Assembly (NCBI GenBank): GCA_963753575.1
Contig: CAVWCR010000005.1
Span: forward strand, 397,547-461,546
From: an uncultured Alphaproteobacteria bacterium
Lineage (GTDB): Bacteria; Pseudomonadota; Alphaproteobacteria; Rhizobiales; Xanthobacteraceae
Direction: 5' to 3'
DNA length: 64,000 bases
Made by a program: the position numbers and the translations under genes. This document shows, piece by piece, positions 27,099 through 35,819 of this stretch; position 1 is the stretch's first letter, and each line of letters opens with the position of its first letter. A model generated the notes under the pieces. The model saw nothing but the letters and a program-made list of their open reading frames with translations, did no database searches and was not told the origin of the DNA.

Positions 27099-28139
27099 TT
27101 AATGGCGCGGCTTATAGGGCCCGAGCTCCTTCACCGCCTGCTCGACGAACGAGGTGTCGATGATGCGCTCGACCGTCATGCTCGGGTCCTGCAGCAGCTT
27201 GAGCTCCTTGAAGAACTTCAGGTCGTTGCGCAGCCCGTCGAGGTTCATGCGGCCGTCCGGATCGATCGCGGCCGGCGTGATCGAGCGGTGGATCGCCGGG
27301 TCCTTGATGAAGGTACGCTCGGTCAGCGTCGCGATCACCTCCTCGGCGTTGGGGCCGGCGATGCGCCCGTCCTTGAGCGCATCATTATAGTCGCGCACCG
27401 CCCGCACGTAGGCGCGCATGAACTTGTGGGCGAGCTGCGGCTTCTCGCGCGCGAAAATCTCCGAATAGAGCACGACCGCGGTCTGCTGCGAGGGATAGAT
27501 CACGTCGTTGCCGGCGACACGGACCGCAAGACCGGCCTTGATCGCGGTGGTGGCGGTCGGCTCGTTGGTCATGCTCGCGTCGATCGCCTTGTTCCGGTAG
27601 GCGATGATGTGCTGCGGAAAGACCAGCGCCACGATGCTGCCCGCGTCCGACCACTTGAGCCCGCCTTTCTTGAGCGCCTCGTTCATGGCCGACGCGTTGG
27701 CGCTGCCGAAGGTGCCGACCGCGAGCTTCAGGCCCTTGAGGTCGGCGAAGGTCTTGTAGCGCCCGCTGTCGACGAGGTCCTTACGCACCAGGAGACCGGT
27801 GAAGCCGTAACCCTTGCGCATCGAGCCCTTGTCGGCGACCGCGCGGATCGCGATGTTCTGCGCCACCGCGTTGTAGAGGCTGGCCGCTACCGTGCCGGCG
27901 CCGACGTCGAGCTGGCCGCGCCCGAGCGGCCCGATCATCTGCGGCGAGTTCGCCATCTGGGTGAGCTGGACGTCGAGCCCCTCGTCGCGGAAGTAGCCCT
28001 TCTTGAGGGCGAGGAAGAAGCCGATGTCGCTCGCGATGCCGGCGGAGGCGACCCGGACGGTGTTCTGCGCTGCCGCCGGCGCGGCGGCGAGACCAAGCGC
28101 TGCTACCAGCGCGAGAACCATGCTCATTCGACCCGTCAT
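27099..28139 (-). CDS. ABC transporter substrate-binding protein (NMT1/THI5- or SsuA/TauA-like)
   Basis: GGGAGA SD, ATG (complement 28137-28139). Signal peptide MTGRMSMVLALVAALGLAAAPAAAQ. GFFLALKKGYFRDEGLDVQL typical of this family. Confidence 0.8.
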   Translation of the reverse strand: MTGRMSMVLALVAALGLAAAPAAAQNTVRVASAGIASDIGFFLALKKGYFRDEGLDVQLTQMANSPQMIGPLGRGQLDVGAGTVAASLYNAVAQNIAIRAVADKGSMRKGYGFTGLLVRKDLVDSGRYKTFADLKGLKLAVGTFGSANASAMNEALKKGGLKWSDAGSIVALVFPQHIIAYRNKAIDASMTNEPTATTAIKAGLAVRVAGNDVIYPSQQTAVVLYSEIFAREKPQLAHKFMRAYVRAVRDYNDALKDGRIAGPNAEEVIATLTERTFIKDPAIHRSITPAAIDPDGRMNLDGLRNDLKFFKELKLLQDPSMTVERIIDTSFVEQAVKELGPYKPRH

Positions 28140-28260
28140 TGCGATCTCCCCGCGCCTCTCCCTGAGATGACTTTCGCCACGGTGTGGTATGTTGGCGCGC
28201 GCGTCAATGCAGCCGATCGGCCTCGCGCCACCTTTCGCGCCACGTGGAGAGAATGACAGC

Positions 28261-29748
28261 ATGCTTAATCCGGAACCGCGCGCCGCCAGCGACCGATCGA
28301 ACGAGCGCGAGCCCGACGTTCGCGACATTGTCGATTACGCCGACAGCATTGGTGAGCTGGCGCGCATCAACGGCGCCGACTGGGACCTGGAGATCGGCGT
28401 GCTGGCCGAGATCTTCGCGCATTCCAAACCGGGTCGCGCGCCTGCCGTGCTGTTCGACCGGATCAAGGGCTATCCGGCCGGCATGCGGATCGTCTCCGGC
28501 CTGCACAACACCTGCCGCCGGCTCGCCTATTCGTTTGGCTTTGAAGGCACCGACGATCCGACCGTGCTGGTGAAGGCCTATCGCGACCGCATGAAGAACA
28601 ATTTCCGGCTGATCCCGCCGGTGCCGGTGACGGACGGGCCGCTGCTTGAGAACGTCGACCGCGACGACGCCGTCGACCTGTTCAAGTTTCCGGTGCCGAT
28701 GATCCACGAGAAGGACGGCGGGCGCTATATCGGCACCTACTGCGGCGTGATCATGCGCGATCCCGATAGCGGCTGGGTCAATCTCGGCACCTACCGGGTG
28801 GTGGCGCACGATCGCAACACCGCGGGTGTGTGGATCTCACCCGGCAAGCACGGCCGGCTCATCCGCGAGAAGTATTTCAAGAAGAACGAGCCCTGTCCGG
28901 TGGTGGTATGCTGCGGGCTCGACCCGGTGCTGTTTCTCGCCGGCAGCCACGAGATCAAGCACGGCGTCACCGAGTACGCGTATGCGGGCGGCCACCGCGG
29001 CAAGCCCTACGAGATGATCGCGAGCGAGCTGCACGGCCTGCCGATGCCGGCGCGCGCCGAGATCGCCTTCGAGGGCGAGTTTCTGCCCAGCGAGACCAGG
29101 GCCGAGGGACCGTTCGGCGAGTTCACCGGTTATTACGCCAGCCACGTGCGCGACGAGCCGATCGTGCGCGTGCGCCGCGTCTATCATCGCAACGATCCCA
29201 TCCTCACCATGGCCTCGCCGATGCGGCCGCCGACCGACGTGTCGTTCGCCAAGTGCATCGTACAGTCAGGCATGATCTGGGACGAGATCGAGAGTGCCGG
29301 CCTCGACGGCGTCAAAGGCGTTTGGTGCCACGAAGCCGGCGCAATCCGCATGTTCATCGTGGTGGCGATCGAGCAGGCGCATCCGGGCCACGCGCAGCAG
29401 GCCGGCATGCTGGTTGCGGGCTGTCATTCCGGGAACTATGCGGGGCGGTGGGTCGTTGTGGTCGACAGTGACATTGATCCGGCCAATCTGGACGACGTGA
29501 TCTGGGCGATGTCGACGCGTTGCGACCCGGTCGCCGATATCGAGTACATCAAGCGCGCCTGGTCGACGCCGCTCGATCCGATGCTGCGCACGCCGCCGTG
29601 GGAGAATACGCGTGCGATCGTCAACGCCTGCCGGCCCTGGGACTGGCGGCACGAATTTCCGGAAGTTGCGTCCGCGAGCGCGGAGCGGCGCAAGGCGGTG
29701 GAGACGAAATGGGCGCGCGAGATTGAAGAGGCCATGAGGCGGGGCTGA
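28261..29748 (+). CDS. UbiD-family (prenyl-FMN-dependent) decarboxylase
   Basis: About 495 aa. MIHEKDGGRYIGT, EGPFGEFTGYY and overall UbiD layout. Confidence 0.88.
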   Translation: MLNPEPRAASDRSNEREPDVRDIVDYADSIGELARINGADWDLEIGVLAEIFAHSKPGRAPAVLFDRIKGYPAGMRIVSGLHNTCRRLAYSFGFEGTDDPTVLVKAYRDRMKNNFRLIPPVPVTDGPLLENVDRDDAVDLFKFPVPMIHEKDGGRYIGTYCGVIMRDPDSGWVNLGTYRVVAHDRNTAGVWISPGKHGRLIREKYFKKNEPCPVVVCCGLDPVLFLAGSHEIKHGVTEYAYAGGHRGKPYEMIASELHGLPMPARAEIAFEGEFLPSETRAEGPFGEFTGYYASHVRDEPIVRVRRVYHRNDPILTMASPMRPPTDVSFAKCIVQSGMIWDEIESAGLDGVKGVWCHEAGAIRMFIVVAIEQAHPGHAQQAGMLVAGCHSGNYAGRWVVVVDSDIDPANLDDVIWAMSTRCDPVADIEYIKRAWSTPLDPMLRTPPWENTRAIVNACRPWDWRHEFPEVASASAERRKAVETKWAREIEEAMRRG

Positions 29749-29784
29749 AGAGCGGCGCGGTCGGGCAATCACAAGGAGGTATCG

Positions 29785-30066
29785 ATGAGGGTTCTGGCAA
29801 TCGGACTTGCGGCGGTGCTGGTCTGCGCGACCGCTGCGGCGGCGGCCGACGTAGGACGGCCCGGCCCGCATCATCGCCGCGGCGGTCCGCCGGAGTGGTG
29901 CAACCAGGGCAACGACATGACCGGCGGGGTCATGGAGTGCAGCTATTATACGCTGCAGCAATGTCTCGTGACCGCGAGAGGCGTCGGCGGCACCTGCATC
30001 CCGAACCCGTGGTACGAGTGGGCGCGGTACTACCGCGAACGACCCTACCACGGCTGGAGTTATTGA
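29785..30066 (+). CDS. DUF3551-like small secreted Cys-rich protein (paralogue of 24261-24551)
   Basis: AAGGAGG SD, signal peptide, WC-x12-C-x7-C-x10-C with QCLVTARGVGGTC. Confidence 0.65.
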   Translation: MRVLAIGLAAVLVCATAAAAADVGRPGPHHRRGGPPEWCNQGNDMTGGVMECSYYTLQQCLVTARGVGGTCIPNPWYEWARYYRERPYHGWSY

Positions 30067-30082
30067 CCGCGGCGCCGGCGGC

Positions 30083-30883
30083 GTGGCCACCCTCAAGGCG
30101 CTGCTGCTGAGCGGGGCCGTGATCTATCTCGGCCTCGTGGCCGTGATGTATTTCGCGCAGCGCTCGCTGATGTATTTTCCCGAGACAGTGCGCACGTCGC
30201 CCGCGCAGGCCGGCCTGCCGGAAGCCGAAGAGGTGATGCTCGACACGGCTGACGGCGAGCACGTGATCGCCTGGCACGTGGCGCCGCGCGTCGATCAGCC
30301 GGTCGTTCTGTATTTTCATGGCAACGGCGGCGCCTTGCGCTACCGGGTCGATCGCTATCGCGCGCTGACCCAGGATGGCGCCGGGCTCGTAGCGCTGAGT
30401 TACCGCGGCTATGGCGGCTCAAGCGGCCGGCCGAGCGAGGCGGGCCTGATCGAGGACGCGCGTGCGACCTACGCGTTCGCGGCGGCACGCTATCCGGCGG
30501 CGCGCTTGGTGCTCTGGGGTGAATCGCTTGGCACCGGCGTTGCGGTCGCGCTCGCCGCCGAGAAGCAGGTTGCGCGGCTGGTGCTCGAAGCGCCGTTCTT
30601 TTCGGCCGTCAGCATTGCGGCGTCCGCCTATCCGTTCGTGCCGGTGCGCCTTTTGATGAAGGACCAGTTTCGCTCCGACCTGCGCATTCGCAACGTCACG
30701 GTGCCGGTGCTGATCATGCACGGCGACCACGACACCGTGATCCCGATCGAAGCCGGCGAACGGCTCTACGCGCTCGTCAACGGGCCCAAGCGCTTCGTGC
30801 GGATCGCGGGCGCCGGCCACGAGGACCTCGGCCTGCGCGCGGTTGAGGCTGCGAAGACGTTCCTGGCCGAGCGGTTTGAGTAA
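30083..30883 (+). CDS. Alpha/beta hydrolase (membrane-anchored, S9/S33-like)
   Basis: N-terminal TM, YFHGNGG, nucleophile elbow GESLGTG, late HGDHDTVIP and GAGHED. Confidence 0.8.
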   Translation: MATLKALLLSGAVIYLGLVAVMYFAQRSLMYFPETVRTSPAQAGLPEAEEVMLDTADGEHVIAWHVAPRVDQPVVLYFHGNGGALRYRVDRYRALTQDGAGLVALSYRGYGGSSGRPSEAGLIEDARATYAFAAARYPAARLVLWGESLGTGVAVALAAEKQVARLVLEAPFFSAVSIAASAYPFVPVRLLMKDQFRSDLRIRNVTVPVLIMHGDHDTVIPIEAGERLYALVNGPKRFVRIAGAGHEDLGLRAVEAAKTFLAERFE

Positions 30884-30907
30884 TGGTGGCGTCTCCGCTC
30901 GCGCGCC

Positions 30908-31774
30908 TTACCGTTTGCGGAAGCTCATGCGCAACAGGCAGATGTGGCCGCGCTTGAAGCCTGACGCCGAGATGCGCAGGTACTGCCGGAAGTCCTTCAC
31001 GGTCGCCTCGCCGGCGAGCGCGACCGCTTGGTCATGGCAGGCGGCGAGATTGTCGTCCCACATGCGCAGCGTGCGGTAGTAGTGATCGGCGTCGTTGCGC
31101 AGCGCCAGCAATTCGAACTTCTCCTCCGCGGCCGCGATTGGCTCGGAGATCAACGGCAATTCGCTTTCGGGGAAGATCTTGTCGGTGATCAGAGCCGGCA
31201 CGTCGGTCGAGCGCTTCACATATGCGATGGTCTGGATCGAGAGCCGGCCGTCGTCGACCAGCGCGCGGTGGCAGAAATCGAAGAACGCGCGGTAGGCCGC
31301 CATCTTGGCGGCAGGCTCCATCCCGCGCTGGACGAAGTGCTCGAAGGCGCCAATGGAAATGATCGCGTCGTAGGGCTGTGCGGCGACGTGATCGCGCCAG
31401 TTCTCCACACGCACCTCGATGCCCGGCACAGGGTGGGCTTCGATCCAGCGGGCCTGTGCGTCGCTCAGCGTCAGGCCGACCACATGCTTGGCGCCCCAAT
31501 GTGTCACGAGCCGGCGCATCAGCGCGCCCCAGCCGCAGCCGATGTCGAGTACGCGTGCCGCAGCTGCTGCGCTCGCCGCCTCGATGTGATGGTCGAGCTT
31601 GCGGGTCTGTGCCCGGGCGAGGTCGTCGCCCGGGTCGAACAGCGCGCAGGAATAGACCAGTTCCGGTCCGATCCAGAGCCGAAAGAACTCGTTGCCCATG
31701 TCGTAGTGGGCCATGATCGCTTCCGGCGAGGCGCCGGCGCGGCCCGATAGCGTGTTGGCGAGGGTCTCGGACAT
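30908..31774 (-). CDS. Cyclopropane-fatty-acyl-phospholipid synthase-family SAM methyltransferase
   Basis: MSETLANTL...IMAHYDMGNEFFRLWIGPELVYSCALF, VLDIGCGWGALM SAM motif. Start at internal ATG of ORF 30908-31870. Confidence 0.8.
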   Translation of the reverse strand: MSETLANTLSGRAGASPEAIMAHYDMGNEFFRLWIGPELVYSCALFDPGDDLARAQTRKLDHHIEAASAAAAARVLDIGCGWGALMRRLVTHWGAKHVVGLTLSDAQARWIEAHPVPGIEVRVENWRDHVAAQPYDAIISIGAFEHFVQRGMEPAAKMAAYRAFFDFCHRALVDDGRLSIQTIAYVKRSTDVPALITDKIFPESELPLISEPIAAAEEKFELLALRNDADHYYRTLRMWDDNLAACHDQAVALAGEATVKDFRQYLRISASGFKRGHICLLRMSFRKR

Positions 31775-31904
31775 GGGGTGCCTGCGGGTGAGGCGCCAGT
31801 ATAGGTCGCCCGAAGCGGGCAACAAGGCGGCCCAAACGACGACGCGGGCCATGCGGCCCGCGCGCAACATTCCGGCAGCGCTTGGCGCGCGACCGGGCGC
31901 AAAA

Positions 31905-31993
31905 ACGCTTTAGGCTCAATCGCGATTTCGCTCTAAGCGCTTGTTTGGTTGCATGACCTCATCCGAAAAGTCTGCAGCTTTTCGGGATCATGC
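31905..31993. repeat. Dispersed about 90-bp repeat, copy 2 (inverted relative to 14669-14760)
   Basis: Reverse complement of 31952-31993 is GCATGATCCCGAAAAGCTGCAGACTTTTCGGATGAGGTCATG. Flanking about 45 nt also aligns. Ends 6 nt from the rpsU stop. Confidence 0.6.
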
Positions 31994-31998
31994 GCTCG

Positions 31999-32274
31999 CT
32001 AGAAGCTCGGCCGGCGCGGAGCGCCGGGGCGACCGCCCGGGCCGCCCGGTGTGGGCTTCGGCTTCATCGGCAGGAGGCCCTCGCGCTGCATGCGCTTGCG
32101 GGCCAGCTTGCGGGCGCGGCGGATCGCCTCCGCCTTCTCCCGGGCCTTCTTTTCGGACGGCTTCTCGTAGTGGCCGCGGAGCTTCATCTCGCGGAAAATG
32201 CCCTCGCGCTGCATCTTCTTCTTGAGCGCCTTGAGGGCTTGGTCGACGTTATTGTCGCGGACGAGAACCTGCAC
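31999..32274 (-). CDS. rpsU: 30S ribosomal protein S21
   Basis: [56 protein letters not shown], unmistakable S21. Has a Pro/Gly/Arg-rich C-terminal tail. Confidence 0.92.
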   Translation of the reverse strand: MQVLVRDNNVDQALKALKKKMQREGIFREMKLRGHYEKPSEKKAREKAEAIRRARKLARKRMQREGLLPMKPKPTPGGPGGRPGAPRRPSF

Positions 32275-32443
32275 GCGGCGTACCTCTTCGGTAAGGGTTC
32301 GTTAGCTTTGGGTTGCGGCGATGCGCCGGCACTCCTGGCTTGCAGCCACGTTGCACCGAGCCATCACCTTTGGGGCAGGGCCTGTACCAGAAAGCGGTGC
32401 TGGAGTCCATCGAAATGGGCCGGATTCAGGCCCAAAGGGCGCT

Positions 32444-32803
32444 TCAAGATACGGGAAAGTACGACCAGGCGATCGCATACAGCACGGTCAGCCCGGCGAG
32501 CCCCAGCAGCATGCGATTGACGGCCCCGGCGGGGGCCGCATTGAGCATGTTGGAGCCCTTGGCGCCGAGGAGTCCCATGACGCCGATAATGGCGGCGACC
32601 GAGGCGGAAGGCACGATCCGGGCGATCCAGATCACTCCCTGGGCCAGCAGCAACCCCCCGCCTACGGTGGCAACGAGGAGGAGCACCATGCCGAAGGTGC
32701 CGCCGAACAGGCCCGGCCGCTGCTCGGCGCGGAACACCGCGTCGGTTGCGGCCACCCACCAGCCACCGAACAGCGCGATCAGGACTGCGACTACGTAAGA
32801 CAT
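32444..32803 (-). CDS. Four-TM membrane protein of unknown function
   Basis: From internal ATG: MSYVVAVLIALFGGWWV.... Strongly hydrophobic, G/C third-position bias. Weak SD, start uncertain. Confidence 0.45.
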   Translation of the reverse strand: MSYVVAVLIALFGGWWVAATDAVFRAEQRPGLFGGTFGMVLLLVATVGGGLLLAQGVIWIARIVPSASVAAIIGVMGLLGAKGSNMLNAAPAGAVNRMLLGLAGLTVLYAIAWSYFPVS

Positions 32804-32941
32804 CAGAGCCGTTGCCTGTGCGAATTGAGCACCAGTGCCGATCTGCAGCCGGTGTTGTACGACCGGAGTTGCACAAACGGCGTCGTGGCGCAAAAAAACC
32901 CGCCGGGCAAGAGCCCGGCGGGTGGTGCCATCCAAGCTGGC

Positions 32942-33472
32942 TCAATACTGGTCGTCGTAGCAGACGTTAACCCACATGTAGCGCCAGCCGGAGCGCGTCG
33001 CCACGCGCTGCCAGTCGTAGCACTCGTCGTCGGCATAATAGGAGTAGTCAGACCCGTAGCTGTAGATATACGGGCTCGCGAAGACCGGACCGCGGAAGCC
33101 GCGGCGGTGGCGCACGACCCTATGCTTGTTGCCGCCGTTGTTGTGGAACTGCGGCGGCCTGCCGCCACCATTGAAGTTGCGGACCGTGGAGCCGCCGTTG
33201 AACTGGCGGACAGCGGGACCGCGGTTGAAACTGCGCACCGAGGGGCCACTGTTGAAGCTGCGCCCCGAGGGAGCGCGGCTGAAACTGCGTCCTGAAGATC
33301 CTCCGCTGCTGTGGAAGTGTACGCCGCCACCTCCGCCACCTCCGCCTCCGCTGTGAAAGCTGTGCCCTCCGTTGTTGCTGCGCGCTCCAGCTTCGGTAGC
33401 CGAGCCCGCAAAGGCCGCCACCGCCAGCAACGCGGCGGCACTTGTGGCTATCCATGCTCGCTTCATATCCAT
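32942..33472 (-). CDS. Secreted Gly-rich protein with 9-aa tandem repeats and a Cys/aromatic C-terminal domain
   Basis: Signal peptide. G9 run. Repeats RSFNSGPSV/RSFNRGPAV/RQFNGGSTV/RNFNGGGRP (27-bp DNA periodicity about 33150-33290). C-terminus ECYDWQRVATRSGWRYMWVNVCYDDQY. Confidence 0.65.
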   Translation of the reverse strand: MDMKRAWIATSAAALLAVAAFAGSATEAGARSNNGGHSFHSGGGGGGGGGVHFHSSGGSSGRSFSRAPSGRSFNSGPSVRSFNRGPAVRQFNGGSTVRNFNGGGRPPQFHNNGGNKHRVVRHRRGFRGPVFASPYIYSYGSDYSYYADDECYDWQRVATRSGWRYMWVNVCYDDQY

Positions 33473-33831
33473 CCTCCATCAGCAACTGCGCACATCCCAG
33501 TGGGAAACGCATTGCAACCATATGGGGACGATCGTTGGGCTTTGCCGCATGAATGCGGACTGAATATCGCTGCGACAAAGTTGCATTACGAAGATTTCAT
33601 CAAACGTGAAGCGGCGTGAAGCGAGCGACAATGAACGCCAAGCGTACGCCCGCCAGGAGGGGGCGCCGCCGTTTGGTCTTTTGCCCCGATGTTGACACAG
33701 GTCGATTCTTGTCGGCGCGTGCCGCTCGCTGGTACGGTTGAACCTTTTCGGCCATCACCCAACTCGCTTCTCGCTGGCCATCAATGGGCCGGGCTTGCCG
33801 GCCACCAATCGGACCCGGCCACTGTGCCCGG

Positions 33832-33878
33832 TTGACAGGAACGGCCGCTCGGCATATCGAGAGTGAACGTTCATTCTC
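33832..33878 (+). promoter_or_regulatory. Candidate promoter plus operator for the tetR-MFP-RND operon
   Basis: TTGACA (33832-33837), 17-nt spacer, TATCGA (33855-33860), immediately followed by near-palindrome GAGTGAACGTTCATTC (33861-33876; core TGAACGTTCA perfect). Confidence 0.35.
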
Positions 33879-33913
33879 ATTTACCGCACTGCAATACCCG
33901 GAGCCGCTGCCTG

Positions 33914-34573
33914 ATGCGCCGCGCTAACGTCCAGGCTCAGTCCGACCGCCGTGCCGAGATCCTGGCCGCGGCCCAGCGCTGTTTTGTGCGTTCGGGGTTC
34001 CACGGCGCTTCCATGCAGGACATCTGCACCGAGGCCGGGATGAGCCCGGGCAACCTCTATCGCTATTTCCGGTCGAAAGAGGCGCTGATTGCGGGCATCG
34101 CCGAGCGCGATCGGGCGGAGGTAGGCCAGCAGTTCGCCAGTGCCGATCTCTCCTATGGCCTCTTCGCCGTGCTCGAAGGCATGGCGCACCATCACTTCGC
34201 GGTGCGGCCGACCGAGCAGGTGCTGCTTTGCACGGAAGTGATGTCGGAGGCGCGCCGGAACCCGGAGATCGCCCGCATCTCCGCGTCCTTCGATGCCGAC
34301 GTGAAGAAATGGCTGCTTGATCTTCTGCGGGCGGCGGCCGCGCGCGGCGACATCCCCAAGGATGTCGATCTCGAGGGCGTCGTTACGATGCTGATGATTA
34401 TCGCGGACGGCGTCTGGTGGCGGCGCGCGCTCGACCCCGGCTTCGATCCCGCATCCGTCATACCGATTTTCATGGACATCACACGGCACATGCTGCGGAG
34501 CCGTCCGCAGCCGGTGGCCAAGAACCCTGTGCCCAAAGACCCCGTGTCTAAGCGCAAGGAGAAATCCCGATGA
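33914..34573 (+). CDS. TetR/AcrR family transcriptional regulator
   Basis: From ATG 33914: RRAEILAAAQRCFVRSGFHGASMQDICTEAGMSPGNLYRYFRSKEALI (TetR HTH). Stop overlaps the start of the adaptor gene. Confidence 0.85.
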   Translation: MRRANVQAQSDRRAEILAAAQRCFVRSGFHGASMQDICTEAGMSPGNLYRYFRSKEALIAGIAERDRAEVGQQFASADLSYGLFAVLEGMAHHHFAVRPTEQVLLCTEVMSEARRNPEIARISASFDADVKKWLLDLLRAAAARGDIPKDVDLEGVVTMLMIIADGVWWRRALDPGFDPASVIPIFMDITRHMLRSRPQPVAKNPVPKDPVSKRKEKSR

Positions 34574-35667
34574 AAGCGAGCCGCATTACCGCTATCGGCC
34601 TGGTTGCGGCGGCCGCGCTCTGGATCGCGTCCGGACATTTCATGCCGCATGAAAACGCGGAGAGCCGCGCGGCCATCCGGCCCGGCGAAGGCGAGCACCA
34701 AAAGCCGTTCCGCGTCGCGGTCACGACGACGAGCGTGGAGCAGCATAGCCGAGCGCTCACCATCTCGGGCCGCACCGAGGCCGACAAGCACGTCACCATC
34801 ACGGCGCGCACGGCCGGGGTGTTGACCGAGCTAAAGGTCAAGCGCGGCACCTGGGTTAAGCAGGGCGATGTCATCGCGGTCCTTTCCGATGACGCGCGTA
34901 CCGCGCAGGTCGCGCAGGCGCAGTCATTGGTGAAGCAGCGCCGCACCGAGCTTGAGGCCAAGCGCCCCCTGATTGCCTCGGGCGCCACCCCGCGGCTCGA
35001 TCTGGTCAATCTCGAAGCCCAGCTCAAGGCCGCCGAAGCGGCGTTGGCGATGGCCGAAGCCGAGCGCGACCGCGGTGTCGTGCGCGCGCCGTGGGCGGGA
35101 GTCATTGCAGATGTGTCGGTCGAGGTCGGCCAGGCCGCCTTTTCCATGGCTGGACGCGAGATCGCGCAGCTCGTCGCGCTCGATCCGATGCTGGCGGTGG
35201 TCGAGGTTGCCGAACGCAAGCTTGCTGGCATCAAGGTCGGCGATGAGGCGCAGGTGCGCCTCATTACCGGTGAAACTGTGCGCGGGAAGGTCCGCTTCGT
35301 GGCCAAGACCGCGAGCCAGACCACGCGGACTTATCGGGTGGAGGTCCAGCTGTCGAACCCGAAGGGCGCCATCCCGGATGGCATCACCGCTGAAGTTTCA
35401 CTCAAGCAGGCGCCGGTTGCGGCAACACGCATCCCGCGCTCGGCGCTGACGATCGCGTCATCCGGTGATGTCGGCGTGCGCACGGTGGGCGAAGCAGACG
35501 TTGTCGCCTTCGTGCCGGTGCGGATCGTCGAAGACGAGCAGACCTTCATGTGGGTCGCCGGCATTCCCGATGGCGCGCGCGTGATCGTGCAGGGGCAGGA
35601 CTTTGTACGCGAAGGACAGAAGGTCGAAGCAGTCGCGGCCGCCGACGTTGCGGCGGCGGCGAAATAA
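34570..35667 (+). CDS. Efflux RND transporter periplasmic adaptor subunit
   Basis: 365 aa. N-terminal TM/signal, lipoyl/coiled-coil/beta-barrel layout (VRAPWAGVIADVSVEVGQ, VRFVAKTASQTTRTYRVEV). Confidence 0.88.
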   Translation: MKASRITAIGLVAAAALWIASGHFMPHENAESRAAIRPGEGEHQKPFRVAVTTTSVEQHSRALTISGRTEADKHVTITARTAGVLTELKVKRGTWVKQGDVIAVLSDDARTAQVAQAQSLVKQRRTELEAKRPLIASGATPRLDLVNLEAQLKAAEAALAMAEAERDRGVVRAPWAGVIADVSVEVGQAAFSMAGREIAQLVALDPMLAVVEVAERKLAGIKVGDEAQVRLITGETVRGKVRFVAKTASQTTRTYRVEVQLSNPKGAIPDGITAEVSLKQAPVAATRIPRSALTIASSGDVGVRTVGEADVVAFVPVRIVEDEQTFMWVAGIPDGARVIVQGQDFVREGQKVEAVAAADVAAAAK

Positions 35668-35680
35668 ATGATGACTCGCG

Positions 35681-35798
35681 CCGTCATCCTGAGGTGCGAC
35701 CCCGGCCTCTTGAGCCGGGGGAGCCTTGAAGGATGACGGGCATCACGCAGGCCGTCGCCCTTCGAGGGCCGCCTTCGGCGGCCACCTCAGGGTGACGG
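35681..35798. mobile_element. MITE/REP-like inverted-repeat element in the adaptor-RND spacer
   Basis: CCGTCATCCTGAGGTG (35681-35696) versus CACCTCAGGGTGACGG (35783-35798). Inner hairpin CCCCGGC-N7-GCCGGGG and a third related arm TGAAGGATGACGGGC. Confidence 0.55.
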
Positions 35799-35819
35799 AT
35801 CAGGGTCTAAGGTCGAACG

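Noticed and set aside
31999-32070. C-terminal Pro/Gly/Arg-rich extension of about 20 aa on ribosomal protein S21
   Set aside because: Basic C-terminal extensions of S21 are common in alphaproteobacteria. Nothing in the sequence suggests a fusion or read-through artefact.
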